Positions 24,493-32,906 of a stretch of 32,906 nucleotides of DNA are shown here, piece by piece (the stretch's first letter is position 1; every line of letters begins with the position of its first letter). The notes below the pieces were generated by a model. It was not told where the DNA came from and searched no databases. It saw only the letters and a program-made list of their open reading frames with translations. The DNA is from a virus, in the IMG/VR virus record IMGVR_UViG_3300013735_000005, positions 1-32,906 of that record. One strand, 5' to 3'. A program made the translations under genes and the position numbers.

Positions 24493-24972
24493 GTGAAAGG
24501 GGAGTTTATGAGGACTAAGGAATTTATTAAAAAGATTGAGGATTTAGGATTTAATATTGAGGAATATTCTGATACATATTGTCCTGAATATGATAGTTAT
24601 GAGATATTTTTAGATTGCAATTTAGTTGCGGTGGTATTTAAAAACGTCATATACTCATTTGATACTGCAAAAACATCGTTTGATGAATTAGAAAATAAGT
24701 TAAAAACACCTCTGTATTATCTAATACGTAGTTATGCAGAAACGCCTATTGATGAGCGTGAAGAACCTAGAAAATATTATTTAAGGTATAAATGGATAAA
24801 TGCCGATTATAATTATCTTAATTATGATTGCCGACTTGATGTTTATGGCCTAGATAGAATCTTAAGCTTTAATTGGATAAAGGGAAAATTTACCCTAGAA
24901 GAAATTGAAGATATTAAAGAAAAATACGATACAAAGTTAGAGGATTTTGAGATAGTAGAGGTGGAAGAGTGA
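24493..24972 (+). CDS. Hypothetical protein
   Basis: 159 aa. Start is GTG 24493 or ATG 24508. Confidence 0.5.
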   Translation: MKGEFMRTKEFIKKIEDLGFNIEEYSDTYCPEYDSYEIFLDCNLVAVVFKNVIYSFDTAKTSFDELENKLKTPLYYLIRSYAETPIDEREEPRKYYLRYKWINADYNYLNYDCRLDVYGLDRILSFNWIKGKFTLEEIEDIKEKYDTKLEDFEIVEVEE

Positions 24973-25499
24973 CAATACAAGAATTAATTAAAAAAATTGA
25001 ACAGTGGGCGATAGACAGAGAGCTAGATAAAAAAGGAACAGTAGAGGGGCAGTTGATAAAAACTGCTGAGGAGGTATCTGAGCTAGTAATAGCTATAAGC
25101 AAAGATGACCTAGAAGAGATTAAAGATGCGGTAGGAGATGTATTTGTTACGCTTGTGATTGGCAGCTTAATCCAAGGTGATAAAAATGACTTAGTGAAGA
25201 CTATCAATGACTTTTATAAATATCAAAAAAATGATTACTTTGAAGATAAATTTGAGTGTATACAAACGCTTATGTTAAACTTTAGCGACTTATTAACTGA
25301 TAAGGACTATAACAAAGCTATCCATGTTAAAGTCAATACGATAATCATGGCGGCAGAACTATTTGACCTAGACTTTATTGATTGTGTAGAAAGTGCCTAC
25401 AAGGAAATTGCCGATAGAAAAGGTGTGGTGAAAAATGGGTCATTTGTAAAAGCTAGCGATTTAGAAAAGCAAGAGCAAGAGAGTGATCTACATGAATAG
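24969..25499 (+). CDS. MazG-like nucleotide pyrophosphohydrolase
   Basis: TIQELIKKIEQWAIDRELD...TAEEVSELVIAISKDDLEEIKDAVGDVFVTLV fits the MazG all-alpha NTP-PPase EExxE...D pattern. Confidence 0.65.
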   Translation: MTIQELIKKIEQWAIDRELDKKGTVEGQLIKTAEEVSELVIAISKDDLEEIKDAVGDVFVTLVIGSLIQGDKNDLVKTINDFYKYQKNDYFEDKFECIQTLMLNFSDLLTDKDYNKAIHVKVNTIIMAAELFDLDFIDCVESAYKEIADRKGVVKNGSFVKASDLEKQEQESDLHE

Positions 25500-25848
25500 A
25501 CAACAAAAGCGTAAGTATGAACGCAAGCTAAACTTGTCTAGCAAAGAGATAGACAACCTAGCTGAGCATTTCAGGCGTGAGAATGAGGCTAAGAATCGTG
25601 AGGTTGTTGTACAGTTTTTGGCTTTAACTATTGAGGCTCTAAGGCTTGAGTTTGGCTTTGGGCAAAAGAGGATTGATCAGTATACAAAAAGAGTTAATGA
25701 TTTGCTTGATAGTGTAAATCTTGACTATGTAAGCTTTGAGGACTTGCTTGATGAGATAAATATTAAACCTATGCAGGTGGCTAAGATGAGCGAAGAGAAG
25801 AAAAAAGAGATTAAAAATTATATAGGAGAGCGAAATTATGCTAAATAA
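25483..25848 (+). CDS. Hypothetical protein
   Basis: 121 aa. Alternative ATG at 25492. Confidence 0.45.
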   Translation: MIYMNRQQKRKYERKLNLSSKEIDNLAEHFRRENEAKNREVVVQFLALTIEALRLEFGFGQKRIDQYTKRVNDLLDSVNLDYVSFEDLLDEINIKPMQVAKMSEEKKKEIKNYIGERNYAK

Positions 25849-26272
25849 ATTTATTTGTATCGGACGTTTAGTAAGAGAACCAGAGCTTAAATATACTCAA
25901 TCAAATAAGCCTGTATGTACTTTTACTTTGGCTATAGACAGAAAGATGAGCAGGGATAAAAAGCAGGAGGCAAGGACTAACGGATGGCCTACTGCTGACT
26001 TTCCTCGTGTAAAAGTATGGGGAGCAATGGCGGAAAACTGTAGCAAGTATCTAAGCAAAGGGAGTCAATGTGCCGTAGTTGGTAGTCTACAGACTGGGTC
26101 ATATAAGGACAAGGACGGTAAGACGGTCTATACCATGGATATATTAGCTAGTAGTGTTGAGTTTTTATCTAAGGCTAGTGATGGACAGGCTGATAATAAT
26201 CAAAATAGTGATGATGATTTCTTCGGTGATGATTTTACAGAAATGGAAGATAATGGATCAATACCTTTCTGA
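25838..26272 (+). CDS. ssb: Single-stranded DNA-binding protein
   Basis: MLNKFICIGRLVREPELKYT... OB-fold signature. Acidic tail ending DNGSIPF. Confidence 0.85.
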   Translation: MLNKFICIGRLVREPELKYTQSNKPVCTFTLAIDRKMSRDKKQEARTNGWPTADFPRVKVWGAMAENCSKYLSKGSQCAVVGSLQTGSYKDKDGKTVYTMDILASSVEFLSKASDGQADNNQNSDDDFFGDDFTEMEDNGSIPF

Positions 26273-26372
26273 TATAGGTCAAATCGTCAATATTTTATAG
26301 CTAGATTGGTTTTAAATGTAAAAGATATGTAATTGTATGTCTAAGGGGGTTAAAATCGTTAGAGAGCGAAAT

Positions 26373-26747
26373 ATGAAGATGGTTATATATGGCAATCCTG
26401 CTACGAAGAAAAACTCTATGCAGATTTACAAGAATAGCAGGACTGGTCGACCATTTTTGACACAATCCAAAAGATATAAGGATTATGCAAGGGATTGTGC
26501 AATGCAAATCACAGGTAAGTATAAGCAGGCTATAGATTATCCTATAAATTTAAAGTGTGTTTACTATAGGCAGACTAGACACCGAGTGGACTTAACTAAT
26601 CTATTAGCTGCAACTTGTGACATACTTACAGATTGTGGAGTGATTGCAGATGATAATTACAAGGTTGTTAGGTCTCATGATGGCTCTAGGGTGCTTTTTG
26701 ATAAGGACAACCCTAGGGTTGAGATTGAGATTAAAGAGTGTATTTAA
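26373..26747 (+). CDS. rusA: RusA-family Holliday junction resolvase
   Basis: MKMVIYGNPATKKNS... is a typical RusA N-terminus. Start is ambiguous (ORF opens at 26337). Confidence 0.75.
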   Translation: MKMVIYGNPATKKNSMQIYKNSRTGRPFLTQSKRYKDYARDCAMQITGKYKQAIDYPINLKCVYYRQTRHRVDLTNLLAATCDILTDCGVIADDNYKVVRSHDGSRVLFDKDNPRVEIEIKECI

Positions 26748-26757
26748 GGGGGTGTAG

Positions 26758-27243
26758 ATGGACGCGGATACAAAGAGAGAACTTAATAAGCAAAGGCGAG
26801 ATGCTAACATAATTAAACAACGTTTAAAGTGCTACGGTGAGGATTTGGAGTTGATAGAGTCTCTTAAAATACGTATCAGCATAAAAAGAGATAAGATGGG
26901 CTTAAAGAGTGGCTGGTCTGACTCTGAGGCTGTTCAAGGTGGTGGGACAACGCAAGAGGATAGATTTAACGCTCTACTGGATGACATAATTAAGGCTGAG
27001 CGTACTATGACTATGATCGAGCTGGAAAATAGAGCCATAAAATACTCAATAGACTGTCTTCAAGATGAAGATATGAGAGCTATTGTATATCATGTATGGG
27101 TAAAGCATGACAAAACTATGGAGCAAATGAGTAGAGAATTGCATTTATCTAAGACTAGTATATGGCGTAAGAGTGATAATGCTTTATTATATATATCCAA
27201 TAAAATGGATATAATTGATCCTTTTATCACTAAGATAGAGTAG
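26758..27243 (+). CDS. ArpU/RinA-like late transcriptional activator
   Basis: 161 aa positioned immediately upstream of the packaging module. RBS AAGGGGGTG. Confidence 0.6.
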   Translation: MDADTKRELNKQRRDANIIKQRLKCYGEDLELIESLKIRISIKRDKMGLKSGWSDSEAVQGGGTTQEDRFNALLDDIIKAERTMTMIELENRAIKYSIDCLQDEDMRAIVYHVWVKHDKTMEQMSRELHLSKTSIWRKSDNALLYISNKMDIIDPFITKIE

Positions 27244-27430
27244 AACAAAAGGAACAGAAACGGAACGGATATGGAATGAAAAGTGCCTGATAAAGGGCTA
27301 TAATGATAGTGTATAAAATTGCATAAAATTACAACTGCTTTTTTAAATGAGTACTGCGGTAATTGTTTTTAGAACTCCTTATAATTTTGTTTCAGCAGTT
27401 GTTTTTTATGCTTATTTTTAGGATTAAAAT

Positions 27431-27730
27431 ATGACTGTAAATAAAAATAAAAGAAGAAAATTTTATAAGTCTGCTGCATGGCTAAGAAAAAGAAAAGAGA
27501 TAGTAGACAGAGATAACAACGAATGTCAACTGTGCAAAGCTAATGGTTATGCAACTGTAGGACAAAATAATTATCTTGATGTTCATCACAAGGTTCATCT
27601 AGAGGATAGCTGGGAGCTTAGACTAGATGACGACAATCTAATAACTTTATGTAGACCATGTCACAACTCTCAGCATCCAGAAAAACTAAAGGAATTTAAC
27701 TCAGACGTGCATAAAGAAAAGTTTGAGTGA
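27431..27730 (+). CDS. HNH endonuclease (terminase-associated)
   Basis: CQLCKANGY...VHHKVHLEDSWELRLDDDNLITLCRPCHNSQH HNH/zinc motif. Adjacent to TerS. Confidence 0.8.
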   Translation: MTVNKNKRRKFYKSAAWLRKRKEIVDRDNNECQLCKANGYATVGQNNYLDVHHKVHLEDSWELRLDDDNLITLCRPCHNSQHPEKLKEFNSDVHKEKFE

Positions 27731-27734
27731 ACTG

Positions 27735-27845
27735 TGGAATCCCCCGCCTGAGAAAATTTAGATTTTTCTTGAACTACTGGGACCGGGGTGGGGCCTCGGG
27801 TGTGGAAAAATTTTGGTTTTTTACGTGTGATGGGGGTGTAGTGCT
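27735..27845. other. Candidate cos site (GC-rich island in an AT-rich genome)
   Basis: CCCCCGCC at 27741-48. GGGACCGGGGTGGGGCCTCGGGTGTGG at 27779-27807. GATGGGGGTGTAGTGC near 27830. Position between HNH and TerS. Confidence 0.4.
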
Positions 27846-27924
27846 AATTTTTGACAAATAATTACATATAAACCATAAAAAATATATGGAAAATGGAGTG
27901 CTTAGAATTTGGAAAGGAGGGGCA

Positions 27925-28245
27925 ATGGCTAAGATTAGCAAGAAAAAGATAAGAGAGGATCTAATAAATCAGCTTGAAGAACGTGGGCTAGAAAAAATGA
28001 GCCATTACGTATCTTTAGTTGATGATTATTGTAGACTATGGGAAGTTAAGGACATGCTTTTTGATGATATAACAAAAAGAGGAGTCAATGTCCCTTATAA
28101 CAATGGCGGTGGGCAGCAAGGATATAAGCGTAATGACTCTGTGAGCGAACTGACAAGAGTAAATGCTCAGATGCTTAAGATTTTATCTGAGTTAGGTCTA
28201 AGAGGCGCAGACATAGAAGCTAAAGAGGAAGAAGTTGAGTTGTAG
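27925..28245 (+). CDS. terS: Terminase small subunit (P27 family)
   Basis: Start ATG 27925 after AAAGGAGGGG; the ORF opens at 27886. Size and position match the P27 family. Confidence 0.7.
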   Translation: MAKISKKKIREDLINQLEERGLEKMSHYVSLVDDYCRLWEVKDMLFDDITKRGVNVPYNNGGGQQGYKRNDSVSELTRVNAQMLKILSELGLRGADIEAKEEEVEL

Positions 28246-28247
28246 AA

Positions 28248-29912
28248 GTGGCAAGAAGGAGAACTTATAACTATCATCCTTACATATCGGAGTGGATGAG
28301 AAAGGTAGAGCAAGGGCTTATACCATCTTGCAAGGAACAAAAACTTCTAATGGACTTTCTAAGACCTATCCTAGATGATAAAAATATTGAATTTAGGGCA
28401 AAGCATATAGAAGATGCTATAGCAATGCTTGAAAGGCATTTTCCATTCCACATGCATGATTATCAACGATTTAGATTTGCTATATTTTATGGTCTATATG
28501 AAAAAGGCACTGAGTTCCCAGTTTTTAATGAAAATTTTAATATGTGGGGGCGTGGTACTGGTAAAAATGGTACATCATCAATGGATGCTTTTTATTTAAC
28601 TAGTGATTATAACGGTATAAGAAACTATGATGTAAACTTTGTGGCCACCAGTGAAGACCAGGCTAAGACAAGTCCAGATGAAGTAAGGGATATCTTAGAA
28701 ACTAATAAAGAATTTTATAAAAAATTATTTTATTGGAACAAGGTAGATATAGAGTATAAAAAGACTGCATCTACTATAAAGTATCTAACCGCTAATCCTA
28801 AAACTAAAGATGGTGGTAGGCCAGGAGCTGTAATCTTTGATGAAGTCCATCAATATGAGAACTATGACATCATAACTGTATTGACTGGGGGTCTTGGTAA
28901 GGTTGATAAACCTAGGACCATATACCTAACTACAGATGGATATGTAAGAGATAGTGTCATAGATGATCTAAAAGAAAAATCAATAGCAGTACTAACGGGG
29001 GAAGAAGACCATAATGGCTTTTTCCCTTTTATTTTTAAAATGGATAATATCCAAGAATACGGCAAGCCTGAGCTTTTTACTAAGGCTATACCAAGACTGG
29101 ACTATAATCAGACCTTAAAAAGACAAGTTATGAAAGAGTACCAAGATACATTTAGGTTTGATGAGAAAAAAGAAGCTTTTATCCTAAAGAGGCTTAACCT
29201 AGCTTATGAGTCTAAGACTAAGACTGTTACTAGCTGGGAAAACCTGCTTGCAGCGTGCAATCAAAAAGAACCAGATCTAGAAGGATTGGAATGTATAGGA
29301 TCGGTGGACTTTGCAGAAATAGAAGACTTTTGCTCTGTGGGTCTTACCTTTAAAAAAGATGGCAAGCATATCTTTAAAGAACACACCTTTATCCATGAAG
29401 AGAGCATAAGGAGTAAGAAATATGAAAAGATAGATGTAGGGCTTTTGGAGAAAGAAGGAAGAGTAACTATAGTGAGGGGTTATCCAGTAATACCTACTGA
29501 TATGATAGCAGATTGGTTTATGAAGATGTCTAGTAAGTATTATATCAAGAAAGTATATGCAGATAGGTTTAAGTTTGTAGCCTTAAAAGATAGTTTTGAA
29601 AAAGTGGGTCTAGAGCTTAAAGGAGTGCCTAATGGGACTATAAGCCACAATCAATTGGCACCAGTGATATCAGATATGTTTGCTAATCAGACTGTAGTGC
29701 TAGATGACAATAAACTTATTAGATGGTATTTCTGGAATGTGAAAGTAGTTACAGATAAAAAAGGCAATAAGTCCTATGAAAAAATAGAACCTATAAAGAG
29801 AAAAACTGATGGATTCTTTGCTTTTTTACATGGATTGATAGCAACTGAACTACATGATGAACTAAGTGATGGTCAAGGTGATGTAATGGATCTTGATGTA
29901 ATCATGCTTTAA
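28248..29912 (+). CDS. terL: Terminase large subunit
   Basis: 554 aa, GTG start. Position between TerS and portal. WGRGTGKNG P-loop-like segment. Confidence 0.8.
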   Translation: MARRRTYNYHPYISEWMRKVEQGLIPSCKEQKLLMDFLRPILDDKNIEFRAKHIEDAIAMLERHFPFHMHDYQRFRFAIFYGLYEKGTEFPVFNENFNMWGRGTGKNGTSSMDAFYLTSDYNGIRNYDVNFVATSEDQAKTSPDEVRDILETNKEFYKKLFYWNKVDIEYKKTASTIKYLTANPKTKDGGRPGAVIFDEVHQYENYDIITVLTGGLGKVDKPRTIYLTTDGYVRDSVIDDLKEKSIAVLTGEEDHNGFFPFIFKMDNIQEYGKPELFTKAIPRLDYNQTLKRQVMKEYQDTFRFDEKKEAFILKRLNLAYESKTKTVTSWENLLAACNQKEPDLEGLECIGSVDFAEIEDFCSVGLTFKKDGKHIFKEHTFIHEESIRSKKYEKIDVGLLEKEGRVTIVRGYPVIPTDMIADWFMKMSSKYYIKKVYADRFKFVALKDSFEKVGLELKGVPNGTISHNQLAPVISDMFANQTVVLDDNKLIRWYFWNVKVVTDKKGNKSYEKIEPIKRKTDGFFAFLHGLIATELHDELSDGQGDVMDLDVIML

Positions 29913-29927
29913 GAAAGGAGGTAGTAT

Positions 29928-31073
29928 ATGGGATTTAGAGATTGGCTAGGAGATATATTTAAGAGACAAGAAAGTGGTAAACAGGATCCAGCGAGCTTTG
30001 AAACGCTATGTATAAATTTATCTGAACAAATATTAGTTAGAGATTTAGCTATAAACTCTGCTATTAATCTGATAGGCAATGCTATATCTTTGTCAGAATT
30101 TAATACATATAAAAAAGGCGAAGAAGATAAGTCGGACACGTATTATAGACTCAATGTACAGCCTAATCCTAACTACTCGGCAAGTAGATTTTGGAAAAAG
30201 TTTATTTATAGGCTTATATATGATGGAGAAGCCTTAATTATTAAGCAAAAAGATGATTATTACATAGCTGACAGCTTTGTAAAAGAGGTTAGAACTTTCT
30301 ATACATGTAAGTATAGAGATGTAGTGGTAGATAATTTTAGCCTTAGAAGAGACTATGATGAGTCTGATGTTCTTTATTTTAGATTATCGGAAAGAAATAT
30401 CAAAAATATAATAAGTGCTTTGTATGATGATTATGGAAAGCTTGTAGAGTATTCCAAAGCTAGCTATAAGAAAAACAATGCTAAACGTGGAATAGTAAAT
30501 ATACCTACGAACTACCCACAAACAGAAGCTGCCAAAGAGAAACTAAATAAGCTTTTAAATGATCAAATCCAGAAGTTCTATGGAGCTGAAAATGGTGCAG
30601 TATTGCCACTAACTAATGGTATTACCTATGAAGATATATCTAGTGACTCTTATAAGAACTCTACGGACTCTAGAGATATAAGAAACCTTATAGATGATAT
30701 ATTTGATTTTACAGCTATTGGCTTTAGCATACCTCCAGCATTGCTTAAAGGATCAGCAAATGATTTGGAGTCTACTGTTGATAGATTTATTAAGTTTGGG
30801 GTAGAGCCTTTTTGCGAGATGATAGAAGATGAAATCAATAGGAAGTTTTATTCTAAGAATGCTTATCTAAATAATACTTATATGGCTATTGATACATCCA
30901 AGCTTAAGACTATTAACCTATCACAACTAGCGGGAGTTATTGATATTCTAACTAGAAATGGAGTCAACAACATTGATGAAAATAGAAAGCTACTAGGAAT
31001 GGAACCACTTAGAACAGAGGAAAGTCAGAAGAGAAGAGTAACTAAAAACTATGAAGCAAGTGAAGAAATTTAA
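29928..31073 (+). CDS. Portal protein (HK97 family)
   Basis: 381 aa directly after TerL. RBS AGGAGG. Confidence 0.75.
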   Translation: MGFRDWLGDIFKRQESGKQDPASFETLCINLSEQILVRDLAINSAINLIGNAISLSEFNTYKKGEEDKSDTYYRLNVQPNPNYSASRFWKKFIYRLIYDGEALIIKQKDDYYIADSFVKEVRTFYTCKYRDVVVDNFSLRRDYDESDVLYFRLSERNIKNIISALYDDYGKLVEYSKASYKKNNAKRGIVNIPTNYPQTEAAKEKLNKLLNDQIQKFYGAENGAVLPLTNGITYEDISSDSYKNSTDSRDIRNLIDDIFDFTAIGFSIPPALLKGSANDLESTVDRFIKFGVEPFCEMIEDEINRKFYSKNAYLNNTYMAIDTSKLKTINLSQLAGVIDILTRNGVNNIDENRKLLGMEPLRTEESQKRRVTKNYEASEEI

Positions 31074-31138
31074 TATTGCCCTGGACACGGCATTAAAAGG
31101 TCTATTTTTTGTACCAATTTTTAAGGAAAGGAGGATGT

Positions 31139-31888
31139 ATGAAGAACTTTAGAGAAGCTTGTGCAAGTATTGACTTTAATCCTAAAGTGGAACTTGTAGA
31201 AGAAAATGGAAAAGAAAAGCTATATCTTTATGGGTCTATAGTTGAGGAAATACCTACAGACTGGTGGACTGGTGAAGAAATGTCTGGAGACTATATCACT
31301 ATGGACAAGGTAAAAGAAGCCTTTAACCAAATCAAGGGAAATGATGTAGAAATCCACCTAAACTCTAAGGGCGGAGATGTCTATGCATCTGTAGCTATAG
31401 GAAACTATATCAAAGACTCCAACAAGAATGTAACTATCATTATCGATGCTATCGCTGCAAGTGGGGGCTCTATCATAGCTATGGCAGCAGATGAGATAAA
31501 GATGTATCCGAACTCACTAATGATGATACATAGGGCTAGTGCCTTTGTATATGGCAATTGCGAAGGTCTTAGAAAGATAGCGAATGACCTAGAAAAGTTT
31601 GATAAAGCTGTTCTAGCTTCTTATTCTGAACACTTTAAGGGAGAAGAAAGTGAGCTAGAAAGACTTATAAAAGATGAAACATACTTAACTGCTGAAGAAT
31701 GTATCACTCTAGGTTTTGCAGATGCAATTATAGAAAAGCCTAAAGAAGATATAGTACAAGAAGAAGTTAGCGTAAAGAACTCTTTACTCGAAAAGTACAA
31801 AATTACTAATCAAGATAAGAAAAAAATTGAAGTAAAAAACGAAAGCCAAAATTTAATAGATAAATTTAAAAAAGGAGAAAATATATGA
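31139..31888 (+). CDS. ClpP-like prohead serine protease (S14)
   Basis: GGDVYASVAIGNYI...IIDAIAASGGSIIAMAADEIKMYPNSLMMIHRA contains ClpP Ser/His motifs. Start ATG 31139 after AAGGAAAGGAGG. Confidence 0.8.
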   Translation: MKNFREACASIDFNPKVELVEENGKEKLYLYGSIVEEIPTDWWTGEEMSGDYITMDKVKEAFNQIKGNDVEIHLNSKGGDVYASVAIGNYIKDSNKNVTIIIDAIAASGGSIIAMAADEIKMYPNSLMMIHRASAFVYGNCEGLRKIANDLEKFDKAVLASYSEHFKGEESELERLIKDETYLTAEECITLGFADAIIEKPKEDIVQEEVSVKNSLLEKYKITNQDKKKIEVKNESQNLIDKFKKGENI

Positions 31889-32906
31889 CTATGTTATTAG
31901 AACAAAACACAGTAGACCAAGCAGAGATCAAAGATGCTTTGGAATCGGGAGATTCTGAAAAGTTTTCCGAAACTATCGTAAAAAATATTGTTGCAAATAA
32001 TGAATCTATCCAAGAAAAGATCATTAATGAAGCGAAGACTTTTAGTGTTGAAAATGCTGATGCATCAGTACTTGCTCAAAGAGGGTTTAAGCCTTTAACT
32101 GCAGAAGAAAGAAAATACTACAATGAAGTTAAGGATAAACATTCTTTTGAGGGGTTAGAACTTCCTAGAACTGTATTTGAAAGAGTGTTTGAAGACCTTA
32201 CTAAAGATCACCCTATTTTATCAGAAATTGATTTTCAAAATACAACTGGCGTCACTGAATGGGTGATTAGAGTTGATGATGTTGAAGAAGCTTGGTGGGG
32301 TCCACTATGTGACGAAATTAAGAAAAAGCTTGATACTGGATTTAAAATTATTAAGACAGACTTATACAAGGTATCTGCATATGTACCAGTATGTAAGGCT
32401 ATGCTTGCCTTAGGACCTGAATGGCTTGATAGATATGTCAGAACTATACTAACTGAATCTATCGCACTAGCTATGGAAAAAGCAATAATTGCTGGGGATG
32501 GACAAGATGGGCCAGTTGGTATTATTAAAAAGCTTGCTGATGTATCTGATGGACAACACAAAGATAAGGATGCAGTAGCATTAGCTGATTTTAGTCCTGA
32601 ATCTATAGGTGGACAAATACTAGCTCCACTAGCCGAAGGAAAAAATGGTCTTGGCAGACTATTGATTGTGGTTAATCCAGCTGAATATTATAGCAAATTT
32701 TATCCATTATTTAACATACAAGATGAGTATGGGCTATATCATAATCAAAACCTACCTTTTGATGGCAAGATAATTGTATCTAACTATATGCCAGCAGGAA
32801 AAATGGCAGTAGGGGAAGCTAAAAACTACTTTATGGGAGTTGGTTCAGCTCTTAAAATTGAACACTCTGACGAATATAGATTTTTAGAGGATCAAAGAGT
32901 GTATAT
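31885..32906 (+). CDS. Major capsid protein, HK97 family (N-terminal 340 codons; continues into 1..240)
   Basis: ATGA overlap with the protease stop. Open frame to the window end with no stop. N-terminal coiled delta-like region, then HK97-like core. No separate scaffold gene is present. Confidence 0.85.
   Translation, partial: MTMLLEQNTVDQAEIKDALESGDSEKFSETIVKNIVANNESIQEKIINEAKTFSVENADASVLAQRGFKPLTAEERKYYNEVKDKHSFEGLELPRTVFERVFEDLTKDHPILSEIDFQNTTGVTEWVIRVDDVEEAWWGPLCDEIKKKLDTGFKIIKTDLYKVSAYVPVCKAMLALGPEWLDRYVRTILTESIALAMEKAIIAGDGQDGPVGIIKKLADVSDGQHKDKDAVALADFSPESIGGQILAPLAEGKNGLGRLLIVVNPAEYYSKFYPLFNIQDEYGLYHNQNLPFDGKIIVSNYMPAGKMAVGEAKNYFMGVGSALKIEHSDEYRFLEDQRVY
32800..32906. repeat. Terminal duplicate of 1..107
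   Basis: Exact identity to the window start. Confidence 0.95.

Noticed and set aside
32235-32561. 108-aa reverse ORF
   Set aside because: It lies inside the major capsid gene, which reads continuously on + across the junction.
1-32906. tRNA, tmRNA, rRNA, CRISPR array, IS/transposase
   Set aside because: Inspection of intergenic regions found no cloverleaf-like sequence and no repeat-spacer arrays. No transposase, RT or Cas-like ORFs were found. The only recombinase is the phage tyrosine integrase.

Overview
The window is a complete, circularly closed genome of a temperate siphovirus-type phage or prophage from a low-GC Gram-positive host. Bases 1-107 are identical to 32800-32906, so the unit length is about 32,799 bp. 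The major capsid gene runs across that junction (31885..32906, continuing in 1..240), which shows the repeat is a circular-assembly or permutation overlap rather than a biological terminal repeat.

Almost all genes are on the + strand in a classic modular order:
- Head-tail connector and neck proteins, then the major tail protein.
- A tail assembly chaperone with a -1 programmed frameshift giving a G/GT product.
- A tape measure protein with a long Trp-periodic repeat array, then Dit and Tal.
- A single-TMD holin-like protein, an endolysin with a C-terminal SH3b domain, and a collagen-like fibre displaced to after the lysis genes.
- A roughly 500-bp non-coding island with terminators and repeated TGTGGTATAAT extended -10 promoter modules.
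- A consensus-promoter-driven cassette of two strongly acidic small proteins, a small basic protein and an AP2/zinc-ribbon DNA-binding protein.
- attP-like direct repeats beside the integrase.
- On the - strand: tyrosine integrase, a lipoprotein (superinfection-exclusion candidate) and a CI-type repressor (HTH plus S24 peptidase).
- Back on the + strand: Cro, a BRO-N/KilAC antirepressor, YqaJ exonuclease and RecT, and an HsdM-like protein whose ORF stops ~35 aa after a degenerate NPPY motif.
- Then a phage replisome organiser, DUF3310, MazG, SSB, RusA and an ArpU-type late regulator.
- HNH endonuclease, a GC-rich cos-site candidate, TerS (P27 family), TerL, an HK97-type portal, a ClpP-like prohead protease and an HK97-like capsid.

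No tRNA genes, CRISPR arrays or transposases were seen. The items most worth follow-up are the truncated HsdM-like protein, the acidic-protein cassette, the non-coding island with recurring promoter-terminator modules, the AP2/Zn-ribbon protein next to attP, and the Sie-type lipoprotein.
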